Assembly (NCBI GenBank): GCA_027923505.1 | Contig: BROI01000001.1 | Coordinates: 2,108,001 to 2,172,000 of the forward strand | DNA: 64,000 nucleotides | Origin: Mayamaea pseudoterrestris | Lineage: Eukaryota | Reading direction: 5' to 3' | In this document: piece by piece, positions 50,097-63,400 of the stretch | How positions within the stretch are numbered: position 1 is the first letter of the stretch | Layout: every line of letters begins with the position of its first letter | Position numbers and translations under genes: made by a program | Notes under the pieces: generated by a model | Databases searched by the model: none | Seen by the model: only the letters and a program-made list of their open reading frames with translations | Told to the model about the DNA's origin: nothing

Positions 50097-50325
50097 TGGG
50101 AGGATTGCTTTGCCTGCCTTGCTCGAGCGTTGCAGCACCAACCGCCAATGCAATTCCCACTTGCCAGCTACGATGCACGCTGGAACAAGTACTACTGAGT
50201 AGAACTATACAGCATATAGTAACAGCACTGCAACCTATTCGGTCTATATGTATTAGTCGTCGCTATTTGATTAACTTGACGATTCTTTGCTTCATACATG
50301 TATCAGCAGCTCATACTTATGCTCT

Positions 50326-51180
50326 TCAACTGGGAGTGACAGCCGACTTGTACGTCGTGGTGAGCTCCGGATTCTCCGCCTTGCTCTTGACGAGTCCAAT
50401 CGGCTTGAGCACCGCCATAATGACTGGCTTGACCATATCCTCCGTCTTTTGCATGGCACCAAAGACAATCTTGACAATCGTCTCAATGGCGGGGTTGAGA
50501 ATATTGTCATCCACCTTGGTCAAGTTGCTCGTGACAGCACCATCCAAATCGGACATGCTAGATCCAACGACCGACACCATCTTGCCGGCAACGCCTTCGT
50601 CAATCCCGAGAAAGGGCTTGAAGACCATGACAGACTTGCCCCAGCTCCAAACATCCTTGGCGGTCACGTACGCCTTTTCGGCAGGGTTGATTTCGTAGCT
50701 AGTGCGAGCGGGAGAAGTCGGAGAGGAAGTCATGTTGGAGTCGTGGAATTGAGGGCTTGGAGGAGAGTCTGATTCAAAGGATCTGGAAAAGGTCAACGCG
50801 TCTTTCATGGGAGAATCAAAATTAGAGTGTGAGAAATTCATCGAGAGAGGATCCGCAATCGCCGTCATGAAATCCTCTTGGTCAGCCGCCGTGACAAAGT
50901 CGTCCACTGTATTCGTCGCCGTTGATCTTGCTCGCATGGTCAAGTAGAGCTGCTCCGAGAGAACCGTGGCCGAAACCGTTTGCGTATCAATTTCGCCACC
51001 GAAAAAGAATTCCTCGCCGCTACTCTTGGGAGAAATCGGAGGATGGAGATCCTCAACGTTCATTCCAGGAGTATTACTGCCGGCGCGAGGCGTCGGATTG
51101 TCCGTGTAAGGACTGCTGACGGCAACGCTGGTAGTCGTAGCGTGGACTTCAATCTGCGATCCAACGAGGCTCCGTCTCAT
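50326..51180 (-). CDS. Hypothetical protein with disordered N-terminus and amphipathic-helical C-terminus (possible lipid-droplet protein); alternative start at 51063
   Basis: 284-aa ORF. The C-terminal ~110 aa (KAYVTAKDVWSWGK...EGVAGKMVSVV...VDDNILNPAIETIVK) show helical amphipathic periodicity. Confidence 0.65.
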   Translation of the reverse strand: MRRSLVGSQIEVHATTTSVAVSSPYTDNPTPRAGSNTPGMNVEDLHPPISPKSSGEEFFFGGEIDTQTVSATVLSEQLYLTMRARSTATNTVDDFVTAADQEDFMTAIADPLSMNFSHSNFDSPMKDALTFSRSFESDSPPSPQFHDSNMTSSPTSPARTSYEINPAEKAYVTAKDVWSWGKSVMVFKPFLGIDEGVAGKMVSVVGSSMSDLDGAVTSNLTKVDDNILNPAIETIVKIVFGAMQKTEDMVKPVIMAVLKPIGLVKSKAENPELTTTYKSAVTPS

Positions 51181-51549
51181 CTTGCTCCTGGCAGCTTTAT
51201 AATGTTTCGTTCGTTGACAAAATTCAATCTTTCGACAATCTAAATGGTACTATAGTCAAATAGAATGCAATAGGAGCAGCAGCGTGTAAGAGGATTGATA
51301 TGATCCTGTTCAGAAAGATGAAGCAACGAAACGAAGAAAGCGCCTTGAGAACGCAAATCCATCCGCTCGCGCAAAACCGCAAGCGGCCGACGACGTGTTC
51401 GTGACGTCACGCTTTCGAAGGATGTCGACGTCGTCGAGTGGCGAAAAGGCGCGCTCACCATGGCGAACCCATGCGCCGCAAGCAACCAGCAAGACATGGA
51501 TTCGCAAGCAAATAACGCATGCTATATACACTGACATCTTCTAATTGTC

Positions 51550-51795
51550 TCATGAAACAAAACGCAAAAGCAAACGACCGAAAAACGACTCCGATATCCC
51601 GTCGGAACGCTTTTTCGAAAGCCAGCGTGCCTCATTAAATCTTTCCTCGCTCGCAACGCCAAAAACTGCACGCACGCAATCCATGCATTCACATACCTCA
51701 CCGGTGCTGCTAGTAGTTTCTGTTGGGCTAGAGTTGTAAATGTTCTTGGTAGGAGTCCACGGCCAGGATTTTGGAGATAGAAACTGCGGTGACAT
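51550..51795 (-). CDS. Possible small protein (81 aa)
   Basis: ATG 51795, MSPQFLSPK...CECMDCVRAVFG..., preceded by a promoter-like motif cluster. No homology recognised. Confidence 0.3.
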   Translation of the reverse strand: MSPQFLSPKSWPWTPTKNIYNSSPTETTSSTGEVCECMDCVRAVFGVASEERFNEARWLSKKRSDGISESFFGRLLLRFVS

Positions 51796-51904
51796 CAAGT
51801 TTTGTGAGGATGGGGGTTCGGCCAGTTTGGGCCTTGGCGGAGGACAAAAGAGGGCCTGGCAGAACATGCTGGTGCTGCAAATAAATGCGGTTGCCACGTC
51901 GATT

Positions 51905-52012
51905 TCGAACCAATGAGCGTGGAGTGAAAACGGAGCAAAGGTGAATGACGTCATGCGACGAGCCAATGGGACGCGTCGATGGAGTAAATTAGCCAATGGA
52001 AAGCATCCAATC
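51905..52012. promoter_or_regulatory. Cluster of CCAAT boxes plus a TGACGTCA (CRE/bZIP) palindrome
   Basis: ccaat at about 51910, 51963, 51993 and 52007. tgacgtca at 51946-51953. Confidence 0.35.
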
Positions 52013-52314
52013 CTTGGTGACGCTATATCTTTGAGTGCAGCGCGATTGAAAGGACTTTTCATTAGAAAGGATCGCGGTGGATGCACCCGCATCTTCTTTC
52101 GACGCCCATAGCTAACTTGTTTAGCTAAACTAGTAGCAAAAAGACAGCTTGCACATGCAGAGCTATGTCGAACTATCATATGTATCGACAGATGAACCTC
52201 ACCTCTGCAGGGAGTTTATTTCATCACTGCTTTGAACTATGCCAGTAGCCATCATCAAAAGTTTGAAGCATACCAGTAACCGGATTGACAAAGAAGATTT
52301 TCACGCCTCAAGTA

Positions 52315-55300
52315 GCAAAAACCCATGCTGAACCCAACCCCGGTCATTTTCCTGGAGGGATTGTAGGTCAAAATTTGAATGGATTGCACATCTTGCATCT
52401 TTAAACCGTGCCTAGCAACCGCAGAGACTCATATTGAAGCAGGCTGGCCCGTGGCTATGGCTACTGAGTGTGTTTGTGTTTTAAAAGTTGAAACCCATGC
52501 TGAAACTAACCCCAGTCATTTTCCTGGAGGGTTTGTAGGTATAAATTTGAATAGATTGCACATCCTGCATCTTTAAACATGCCTAGCAACCGCAGAGACT
52601 CATATTGAAGCAGGCTGGCTCATGACCATGGCTATTGAGTGTGTTTGTATTTGAGTAGCTGAAACCATTGTTGAACCCAACCCCAGTTATTTAACTGGAG
52701 GGTTTGAAATGGATTGCACATCCTGCATCCTCTATGCATGCCTAGCAACCGCAGAAGCTCAGATTGAAGCTGGCTGGCACATGGCTATGGCTATTGAGTG
52801 TGTAAATATTTGAGTAGCTGGACCCATGCCAAACCCAACCCTGGTCATTTTACTGGAGGAGTTGTAGGTATACCATGGAATGGATTGCACATCCTGCATC
52901 CTTTATGCATGCCTAGCAACCGCAGTGACTCATTTTGAAGCTGGATGGCCTATGGCTATGGCTATTGACTTTGAGTGTGTTTGAGTAGCTGGACCCATGC
53001 CGAACCCAACCCTGGTCATTTTACTGGAGGGTTTGATGGTAAACCATGGAATGGATTGCACATCCTGCATCCTTAATCCACGCCTAGCAACCGCAGAGAC
53101 TCATATTGAAGCTGGATGGCCCATGGCTATGGCTATTGAGTGTGTTTTTGAATAGCTGAAACCCATGTGCCTGCCAGCAACCACCAAACCCCACCCAACC
53201 CCGGTCATTTTACTGGAGGGTTTGTAGGTATACCATTGAATGGATTGCACATCCTACATTCTATATGCATGCCTAGCAACCGCAGAGACTTATATTGAAG
53301 CAGGCTGGCCCATGGCTATGGCTATTGACTGTGAGTGTGTTTGAGTAGCTGATGCCAGCCACCACAAACCCCACCCAACCCCGGTCATTTTACTGGAGGG
53401 TGTGAAGGTACATCGTTGAAGAAATTGCACATCCTACAACATTATGCATGCCTAGCAACCGCAGAGACTCATATTGAAGCGGGCTGGCCCGTGGCTGTGG
53501 ATATTGAGTTTGTTTGTATTTGAGAAGCTGAAACCCATGCTGAACCCAACCCCGGTTATTTTGCTGAAGGGTCTGTAGGTATAAATTTGAATGGATTGCA
53601 CATCCTGCAGTTTTTATGCATGCCTTACAACTGCAGAGACTCATATTGAAGCAGGCTGGCTCATGGCTATGGCTATTGAGTGTGTTTGTATTTGAGTAGC
53701 TGGACCCATGCCAAACCCAACCCCAGTCATTTTACTGGAGGGTTAGTAGGTATAAATGTTAATGGATTGCACATCCTGCATCCATAATCCACGCCCAGCA
53801 GCCGCAGAGACTCATATTGAAGCAGGCTGGCTCATGGCTATGGCTATTGAGTGTGTCTGTGTTTTAAAAGTTAAAACCCATGCTGAAACTAACCCTGGTC
53901 ATTTTCCTGGAGGGTTTGTAGGTATGCCATTGAATAAATTGCACATCCTGCATCTTTAAACCATGCCTAGCAACCGCAGAGACATATATTGAAGCAGGCT
54001 GGCCCATGGCTATGGCTATTGACTGTGAGTGTGTTTGAGTAGCTGAAACCATTGCTTAACCCAACCCCGGTCATTTTACTGGAGGGTTTGAAGGTATACC
54101 ATTGAATGGATTGCACATCCTGCATCCTTTATGCATGCCTAGCAACCGCAGAGACTCATATTGAAGCTGGCTCGCCCATGACTCTGGCTATTGAGTGTGA
54201 TTATATTTGAGTAGCTGGACCCATGCCGAACCCATCCCTGGTCATTTTACTGGAGGGTGTGAAGGTATACCATTGAATGGATTGCTCATCATGGATCCTT
54301 TATGCATGCCTAGCAACCGCAGAGACTCATATTGAAGCTGGATGGCCCATGGCCGTGGCTATCGAGTGTGTTTGTATTGGAGTAGCTGAAACCATTGCTG
54401 AACCCAACCCCGGTCATTTTACTGGAGGGTGTGAAGGTATACCATTGAACGAATTGCTCTTCTTGATCCTTTTTGCATGCCTAGCAACCGCAGAGACTCA
54501 TATTGAAGCTAGATGGCCCTTGGCTGTGGCTATTGAGTGTGTTTGTATTTGAGTAGCTGGACCCATGCCGAACCCAACCCCGGTCAATTTACTGGAGGGT
54601 GTGAAGGTATACCGTTGAAGAAATTGCACATCCTACATCCTTTATGCATGCCTAGCAACCGCAGAGACTCGTATTGAAGCGGGCTGGCCCATGGCTATGG
54701 CTATTGACTTTGAGTGTGTTTGAGTAGCTGGACCCATGCCAAACCCAACCCCGGTCATTTTACTGGAGGGTTTGAAGGTCCATTGAATGGATTGCCCATC
54801 CTGCATCGTTTATGCATGCCTAGCAGCCGCAGAGACTCATATTGAAGCAGGCTGGCACATGCCTATGGCTATTGAGTGTGTTTATATTTGAGTAGCTGGA
54901 CCCATGCCGAACCCAACCCCGGTCATTCCTCAAGGGTTTGAAGGTATACTATGGAATGGATTGCACATCCTACATTCTTTATGCATGCCTAGCAACCGCA
55001 GAGACTCTGATTAAAGCTGGCTGGCCCGTGGCTAGTGCTATATAGTGTGTTTATATTTGAGTAGCTGGACCCATGCTGAAACTAACCCCGGTCATTTTCC
55101 TGTAGGGGTTGTAGGTATACCATTGAATGGATTGCACATCCTGCATCTTTAAACCATGCCTAGCAACCGCAGAGACTTATATTGAAGCAGGGTGGCCCAT
55201 GGCTATGGCTATTGACTGTGAGTGTGTTTGAGTAGCTGATGCCAGAACCCCACCTAACCCCGGTCATTTTACTGGAGGGTGTGAAGGTATACTGTTGAAG

Positions 55301-58300
55301 AATTGCACATCCTACATCCTTTATGCATGCCTAGCAACCGCAGAGACTCATATTGAAGCAGGCTGGCCCGTGGCTGTGGATATTGAGTTAGTTTGTATTT
55401 GAGAAGCTGAAACCCATGCTGAATCCAACCCCGGTTTTTTTTTTGCTGGAGGGTCTGTAGGTATAAATTTGAATGGATTGCACATCCTGCATCATGTATG
55501 CACGCGTAGCAACTCCAGAGACTCATATTGAAGCTAGATGGCCCATGGCTGTGGCTATTGAGTGTGTTTGTATTTGAGTAGCTGGACCCATGCCGAACCC
55601 AACCCCGGTCATTTTACTGGAGGGTTTGATGGTATACCATGGAATGGATTGCGCATCCTGCATCTATTTTTGGTAATGCCTAGCAACCGCAGTGACTCAT
55701 ATTAAAGCAGGCTGGCTCGAGGCTATGGCTATTGAGTGTGTTTGTATTTGAGTAGCTGGACCCATGCTGAACCCAACCCCGGTCATTTTACTGGAGGGTT
55801 TGAAGGTATACCATGGAATGGATTGCACATCCTGCATCCTTTATGCATGCCTAGCAACCGCAGAGACTCATATTGAAGCAGGCTGGCTCATGGCTATGGC
55901 TATTGAGTGTGTTTGTATTTGAATAGCTGAAACCATTGCTGAACCCAACCCCAGTCATTTTACTGGAGGGTTTGAAGGTATACCATTGAATGGATTGCAC
56001 ATCCTGCATCCTTTATGCATGCCTAGCAACCGCAGAGACTCATATTGAAGCAGGCTGGCTCATGGCTATGGCTATTGAGTGTGTTTGTATTTGAATAACT
56101 GAAACCATTGCTTAACCCAACCCCGGTCATTTTACTGGAGGGTTTGAAGGTATACCATTGAATGGATTGCACATCCTGCATCCTTTATGCATGCCTAGCA
56201 CCCGCAGAGACTCATATTAAAGCTGGCTGGCTCATGGCTATGGCTATTGAGTGTGTTTAGATTTGAATAGCTTGACCCATGCCGAACCCAACCCCGGTCA
56301 TTTTACTGGAGGGTGAAGGTATACCATTGAATGGATTGCACATCCTGCATCCTTTATGCATGCCTAGCAACCGCAGAGACTCATATTGAAGCAGGCTGGC
56401 TCATGGCTATGGCTATTGAGTGTGTTTGTATTTGAATAACTGAAACCATTGCTGAACCCAACCCCGGTCATTTTACTGGAGGGTTTGAAGGTATACCATT
56501 GAATGGATTGCACATCCTGCATCCTTTATGCATGCCTAGCAACCGCAGAGACTCATATTGAAGCAGGCTGGCTCATGGCTATGGCTATTGAGTGTGTTTG
56601 TATTTGAATAGCTGGACCCATTGCTGAACCCAACCCCGGTCATTTTACTGGAGGGTTTGAAGGTATACCATTGAATGGATTGCACATCCTGCATCCTTTA
56701 TGCATGCCTAGCAACCGCAGAGACTCATATTGAAGCAGGCTGGCTCATGGCTATGGCTATTGAGTGTGTTTGTATTTGAATAGCTGAAACCATTGCTGAA
56801 CCCAACCCCGGTCATTTTACTGGAGGGTTTGAAGGTATACCATTGAATGGATTGCACATCCTGCATCCTTTATGCATGCCTAGCAACCGCAGAGACTCAT
56901 ATTGAAGCAGGCTGGCTCATGGCTATGGCTATTGAGTGTGTTTGTATTTGAATAGCTGAAACCATTGCCGAACCCAACCCCGAGTCATTTTACTGGAGGG
57001 TTTGAAGGTATACCATTGAATGGATTGCACATCCTGCATCCTTTATGCATGCCTAGCAACCGCAGAGACTCATATTGAAGCAGGCTGGCTCATGGCTATG
57101 GCTATTGAGTGTGTTTGTATTTGAATAGCTGAAACCATTGCTGAACCCAACCCTGGTCATTTTACTGGAGGGTGTGAAGGTATACCATTGAATGGATTGC
57201 ACATCCTACATCCTTTATGCATGCCTAGCAACCGCAGAGACTCGTATTGAAGCAGGCTGGCTCATGGCTATGGCTATTGAGTGTGTTTGTATTTGAATAG
57301 CTGAAACCATTGCTGAACCCAACCCCGGTCATTTTACTGGAGGGTGTGAAGGTATACCATTGAATGGATTGCACATCCTGCATCCTTTATGCATGCCTAG
57401 CAACCGCAGAGACTCATATTGAAGCAGGCTGGCTCATGGCTATGGCTATTGAGTGTGTTTGTATTTGAGTAGCTGGACCCATGCCGAACCCAACCCCGGT
57501 CATTTTACTGGAGGGTTTGAAGGTATACCATTGAATGGATTGCACATCCTGCATCCTTTATGCATGCCTAGCAACCGCAGAGACTCATATTGAAGCAGGC
57601 TGGCTCATGGCTATGGCTATTGAGTGTGTTTGTATTTGAATAGCTGAAACCATTGCTGAACCCAACCCCGGTCATTTTACTGGAGGGTTTGAAGGTATAC
57701 CATTGAATGGATTGCACATCCTGCATCCTTTATGCATGCCTAGCAACCGCAGAGACTCATATTGAAGCAGGCTGGCTCATGGCTATGGCTATTGAGTGTG
57801 TTTATATTTAATAGCTGAAACCATGCTGCTGAACCACCCAACCCCGGTCATTTTACTGGAGGGTGTGAAGGTATACCATTGAATGGATTGCACATCCTGC
57901 ATCCTTTATGCATGCCTAGCAACCGCAGAGACTCATATTGAAGCAGGCTGGCTCATGGCTATGGCTATTGAGTGTGTTTGTATTTGAATAACTGTAACCA
58001 TTGCTGAACCCAACCCCGGTCATTTTACTGGAGGGTTTGAAGGTATATTATGGAATGGATTGCACATCCTGCATCCTTTATGCATGCCTAGCAACCGCAG
58101 AGACTCATATTGAAGCAGGCTGGCTCATGGCTATGGCTATTGAGTGTGTTTGTATTTGAGTAGCTTGACCCATGCCAAACCCAACCCCGGTCATTTTACT
58201 GGAGGGTTTGAAGGTATACCATTGAATGGATTGCACATCCTGCATCCTTTATGCATGCCTAGCAACCGCAGAGACTCATATTGAAGCAGGCTGGCACATG

Positions 58301-60141
58301 GCTATGGCTATTGATTGTGTTTATATTTGAAAAGCTAAAACCATAGCTGAACACAACCTTGGTCATTTTACTGGAGGGTTTGAAGGTATACCATTGAATA
58401 AATTGAACATGCTGCATCTTTTATGCATGTCTAGCAACTGCAGAGACTCATATTGAAGCAGGCTGGCTCATGGCTATGGCTATTGAGTGTGTTTGTATTT
58501 GAATAGCTGAAACCATTGCTGAACCCAACCCCAGTCATTTTACTGGAGGGTTTGAAGGTATACCATGGAATGGATTGCACATCCTGCATCCTTTATGCAT
58601 GCCTAGCAACCGCAGAGACTCATTTTGAAGCTGGATGGCCCATGGCTATGGCTATTGACTGTGAGTGTGTTTGATTAGCTGATGCCAGCCACCACAAACC
58701 CCACCCAACCCCGGTTATTTTACTGGAGGGTGTGAAGGTATACCGTTGAAGAAATTGCACATCCTACATCCTTTATGCATGCCTAGCAACCGCAGAGACT
58801 CGTATTGAAGCGGGCTGGCCCGTGGCTGTGGAAATTGAGTTTGTTTGTATTTGAAAAGCTGAACCCATGCTGAACCCAACCCCGGTTATTTTGCTGGAGG
58901 GTCTGTAGGTATAAATTTGAATGGATTGCACATCCTGCATTTCTTAAGCATGCCTAGCAACCGCAGAGACTCATATTGAAGCAGGCTGGCTCATGGCTAT
59001 GGCTGTTGAGTGTGTTTGAATTTGAGTTTTGAGTAGTGGGACCCATGCCTCACCCAACCCCGGTCATTTTACTGGAGGGTTTGTCGGTATAAATTTTAAT
59101 GGATTGCACATCTTGCATCCTTAATCGACGCCTAGCAGTTGCAGAGACTCATATTAAAGCAGGCTAAATTATGGCTATGGCTATTGAGTGTGTTTGTATC
59201 TGAATAGCTGAAACCATTGTTGAACCCATTCCCGGAACTTTTACTGGAGGGTTTGAAGGTATACCATTGAATGGATTGCACATCCTGCATCCTTTATGCA
59301 TGCCTAGCAGCCGCAGAGACTCAGATTGAAGCTGGCTGGCACATGGCTATGGCTATTGAGTGTGTTTGAATAGCTGAAACCCATGCTGCCTGTCAGCCAC
59401 CAATAAACCCCACCCAACCCCAGTCATTTTACTGGGGGGCGTGAAGGTATATCATTGAATGGATTGCTCATCCTGGATCCTTTTTGCATGCCTAGCAACC
59501 GCAGAGACTCATATTGAAGCTGGATGGCCCATGGCTGAGGCTATTGAGTGTGTTTGTATTTGAGTAGCTGGACCCATGCCAAACCCAACCCCGGTCATTT
59601 AACTGGAGGGTTTGAAGGTATACTATGGAATGGATTGCACATCTTGCATCCTTTATGCATGCCTAGCAGCCGCAGAGACTCATTTTGAAGCTGGATGGCC
59701 CATGGCTATGGCTATTGACTGTGAGTGTGTTTGAGTAGCTGGACCCATGCCGAACCCAACCCCGGTCATTCCTCAAGGGTTTGAAGGTATACTATGGAAT
59801 GGATTGCACATCTTGCATCCTTTATGCATGCCTAGCAACCGCTGATACTCATTTTGAAGCTGGATGGCCCATGGCTATGGCTATTGACTGTGAGTGTGTT
59901 TGAGTAGCTGGACCCATGCCAAACCCAACCCTGGTCATTTTCCTCGAGGGTTTGAAGGTATACCATGGAATGGATTGCACATCCTGCATCCTTTATGCAT
60001 GCCTAGCAACCGCAGAGACTCAGATTGAAGCTGGCTGGCACATGGCTATGGCTATTGATTGTGTTTATATTTGAATAGCTAAAACCATTGCTGAACCCAA
60101 CCCTGGTCATTTTACTGGAGGGTTTGAAGGTATACCATTGA
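52315..60141. repeat. Satellite family E, 172-bp unit, ~45 copies
   Basis: Unit ...gaacccaaccccggtcattttactggagggtttgaaggtataccattgaatggattgcacatcctgcatcctttatgcatgcctagcaaccgcagagactcatattgaagcaggctggctcatggctatggctattgagtgtgtttgtatttgaatagct... Markers at 55929/56101 and 56442/56614/56786 are 172 bp apart. Confidence 0.97.
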
Positions 60142-60400
60142 AATGAGTCAGGAAAACATGTCCAGGGTATGCCATTGACAGGTGCAGAGTCTCAAATGGT
60201 GCAAAAAGGACTGCCTGGAGGCTGACACCATGGGTACGGCCTCCACTGTGGGTATGGCCAACACCACAAGTGTTCTTACCTGTCAAATGCCCCATGCCCT
60301 GGCCACCCAAATACCCAATGAGTCAGGCAAAACCTGTCCAGGGTATGCCATTGACAGGTGCAGAGTCTCAAATGGTGCAAAAAGGACTGCCTGGAGGCTG
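60142..60400 (-). repeat. Satellite family C in inverted orientation, ~1.5 units
   Basis: gagtcagg..ccagggtatgccattgacaggtgcagagtctcaaatgg is the reverse complement of 47.1-47.2 kb. aatgagtcagg occurs at 60142 and 60317. Confidence 0.9.
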
Positions 60401-63400
60401 AGCGTGAATAACAATGTTGGCATCATTCTGGTGTATTTTGGGCACCTACAGGGCTTGCTGTAGGGGCGTTGGCATCTGCGGGCTGAGACTGGTGACAAGT
60501 TGTCACCAAATACATTGCCATCCCCTCAGACACCAGCCAAGCCTACTATCTTGTAGCGCAGCCTGAATAATGATGGTGGCACCATTCTGGTATAATTTGG
60601 GCACCTACAGAGCTTGCTGTAGGGGCGTTTGAATGTCATGGCATCTGTGGGCTGAGACTGGTGACTAGTTGTCACCAAATACATTGCCATCCCCAGAGAC
60701 ACCAGCCAAGCCTACCATCTTGTAGCGCAGCCTGAATAATGATGATGGCATCATTCTGGTGTATTTTGGGCACCTACAGGGCTTGCTGTAGGGGCGTTTT
60801 GAATGTCATGTCATCTGCGGGCTGAGACTGGTGACAAGTTGTCACCAAATACATTGCCATCCCCTGAGACACCAGCCAAGCCTACCATGTTTTAGCGCAG
60901 CCTAAATAATGATGGTGGCACCATTCTGGTGTATTTTAAGCACCTACAGAGCTTGCTGTAGGGGCGTTTGAATGTCACGGCATCTGCGGGCTGAGACTGG
61001 TGACAAGTTGTCACCAAATACATTGCCATCCCCTGAGACACCAGCCAAGCCTACCATCTTGTAGCGCAGCCTGAATAATGATGTTGGCACCATTCTGGTG
61101 TATTTTGGCACCTACAGGGCCTGCTGTAGGGGCGTTTGAATGTCACGGCATCTGCGGGCTGAGACTGGTGACAAGTTGTCACCAAATACATTGCCATCCC
61201 CTGAGACACCAGCCAAGCCTACCATCTTGTAGCGCAGCCTGAATAATGATGTTGTCACCATTCTGGTGTATTTTTGGCACCTACAGAGCTTGATGTAGGG
61301 GCGTTTGAATGTCCCGGCATCTGCTGGCTGAGACTGGTGACAAGTTGTCACCAAATACATTGCCATCCCCTGAGACACCAGCCAAGCCTACCATCTTGTC
61401 GCGCAGCCTGAATAATGATGTTGGCACCATTCTGGTGTATTTTTGGCACCTACAGGGCTTGCTGTAGGGGCATTTGAATGTCCCGGCATCTGCCGGCTGA
61501 GACTGGTGACAACTTGTCACCAAATACATTGCCATCCCCTGAGACACCAGCCAAGCCTACCATCTTGTAGCGCAGCCTGAATAATGATGTTGGCACCATT
61601 CTGGTGTATTTTGGGCACCTACAGGGCTTGCTGTAGGGGCGTTTGAATGTCCCAGCATCTGCGGGCTGAGACTGGTGACAAGTTGTCACCAAATACATTG
61701 CCATCCCCTGAGACACCAGCCAAGCCTACCATCTTGTAGCGCAGCTTGATTAATGATGTTAACACCATTGTGGTGCATTTTGGGCACCTACAGGGCCTGC
61801 TGTAGGGGCGTTTGAATGTCCCGGCATCTGCGGGCTGAGACTGGTGACAAGTTGTCACCAAATACATTGCCATCCCCTGAGACACCAGCCAAGCCTACCA
61901 TCTTGTAGCGCAGCCTGAATAATGATGTTGGCACCATTCTGGTGTATTTTGAGCACCTACAGGGCTTGCTGTAGGGGCGTTTGAATGTCCCGGCATCTGC
62001 GGGCTGAGACTGGTGACAAGTTGTCACCAAATACATTGCCATCCCCTGAGACACCAGCCAAGCCTACCATCTTGTAGCGCAGCCTGAATAATGATGTTGG
62101 CATCATTCTGGTGTATTTTGGGCACCTACAGGGCTTGCTGTAGGGGCGTTTGAATATCCCAGCATCTGCGGGTTGAGACTGGTGACAAGTTGTCACCAAA
62201 TATATTGCCATCCCCTGAGACACCAGCCAAGCCTACCATCTTGTAGCGCAGCCTAAATAATGATGTTGGCACCATTCTGGTGTATTTTTGGCACCTACAG
62301 GGCTTGCTGTAGGGGCATTTGAAAGTCCTGGTATCTGCGGGCTGAGACTGGTGACAAGTTGTCACCAAATACATTGCCATCCCCTGAGACACCAGCCAAG
62401 CCTACCATCTTGTAGCGCAGCCTGAATAATGATGTTGGCACCCTTCTGGTGTATTTTGGGCACCTACAGGGCTTGCTGTAGGGGCGTTTGAATGTCCCAG
62501 CATCTGCGGGCTGAGACTGGTGACAAGTTGTCACCAAATACATTGCCATCCCCTGAGACACCAGCCAAGCCTACCATCTTGTAGCGCAGCCTTAATAATG
62601 ATGTTAACACCATTCTGGTGTATTTTGGGCACCTACAGGGCCTGCTGTAGGGGCGTTTGAATGTCCCGGCATCTGCGGGCTGAGACTGGTGACAAGTTGT
62701 CACCAAATACATTGCCATCCCCTGAGACACCAGCCAAGCCTACCATCTTGTAGCGCAGCCTGAATAATGATGTTGGCACCATTCTGGTGTATTTTGGGCA
62801 CCTACAGGGCTTGCTGTAGGGGCGTTTGAATGTCCCGGCATCTGCGGGCTGAGACTGGTGACAAGTTGTCACCAAATACATTGCCATCCCCTGAGACACC
62901 AGCCAAGCCTACCATCTTGTAGCGCAGCCTGAATAATGATGTTGGCACCATTCTGGTGTATTTTGGGCACCTACAGGGCTTGCTGTAGGGGCGTTTGAAT
63001 GTCCCGGCATCTGCGGGCTGAGACTGGTGACAAGTTGTCACCAAATACATTGCCATCCCCTGAGACACCAGCCAAGCCTACCATCTTGTAGCGCAGCCTG
63101 AATAATGATGTTGGCACCATTCTGGTGTATTTTGGGCACCTACAGGGCTTGCTGTAGGGGCGTTTGAATGTCCCCGCATCTGCTGGCTGAGACTGGTGAC
63201 AAGTTGTCACCAAATACATTGCCATCCCCTGAGACACCAGCCAAGCCTACCATCTTGTAGCGCAGCCTGAATAATGATGTTGGCACCATTCTGGTGTATT
63301 TTGGGCACCTACAGGGCTTGCTGTAGGGGCGTTTGAAAGTCCCGGCATCTGCGGGCTGAGACTGGTGACAAGTTGTCACCAAATACATTGCCATCCCCTG

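Noticed and set aside
50093..50772. + strand ORFs of 201 aa and 161 aa
   Set aside because: Antisense shadows of the 50326-51180 gene.
52315..60141. Telomeric repeats (cccaacccc motif)
   Set aside because: One short motif per 172-bp unit, with no tandem TTAGGG/CCCTAA tract.
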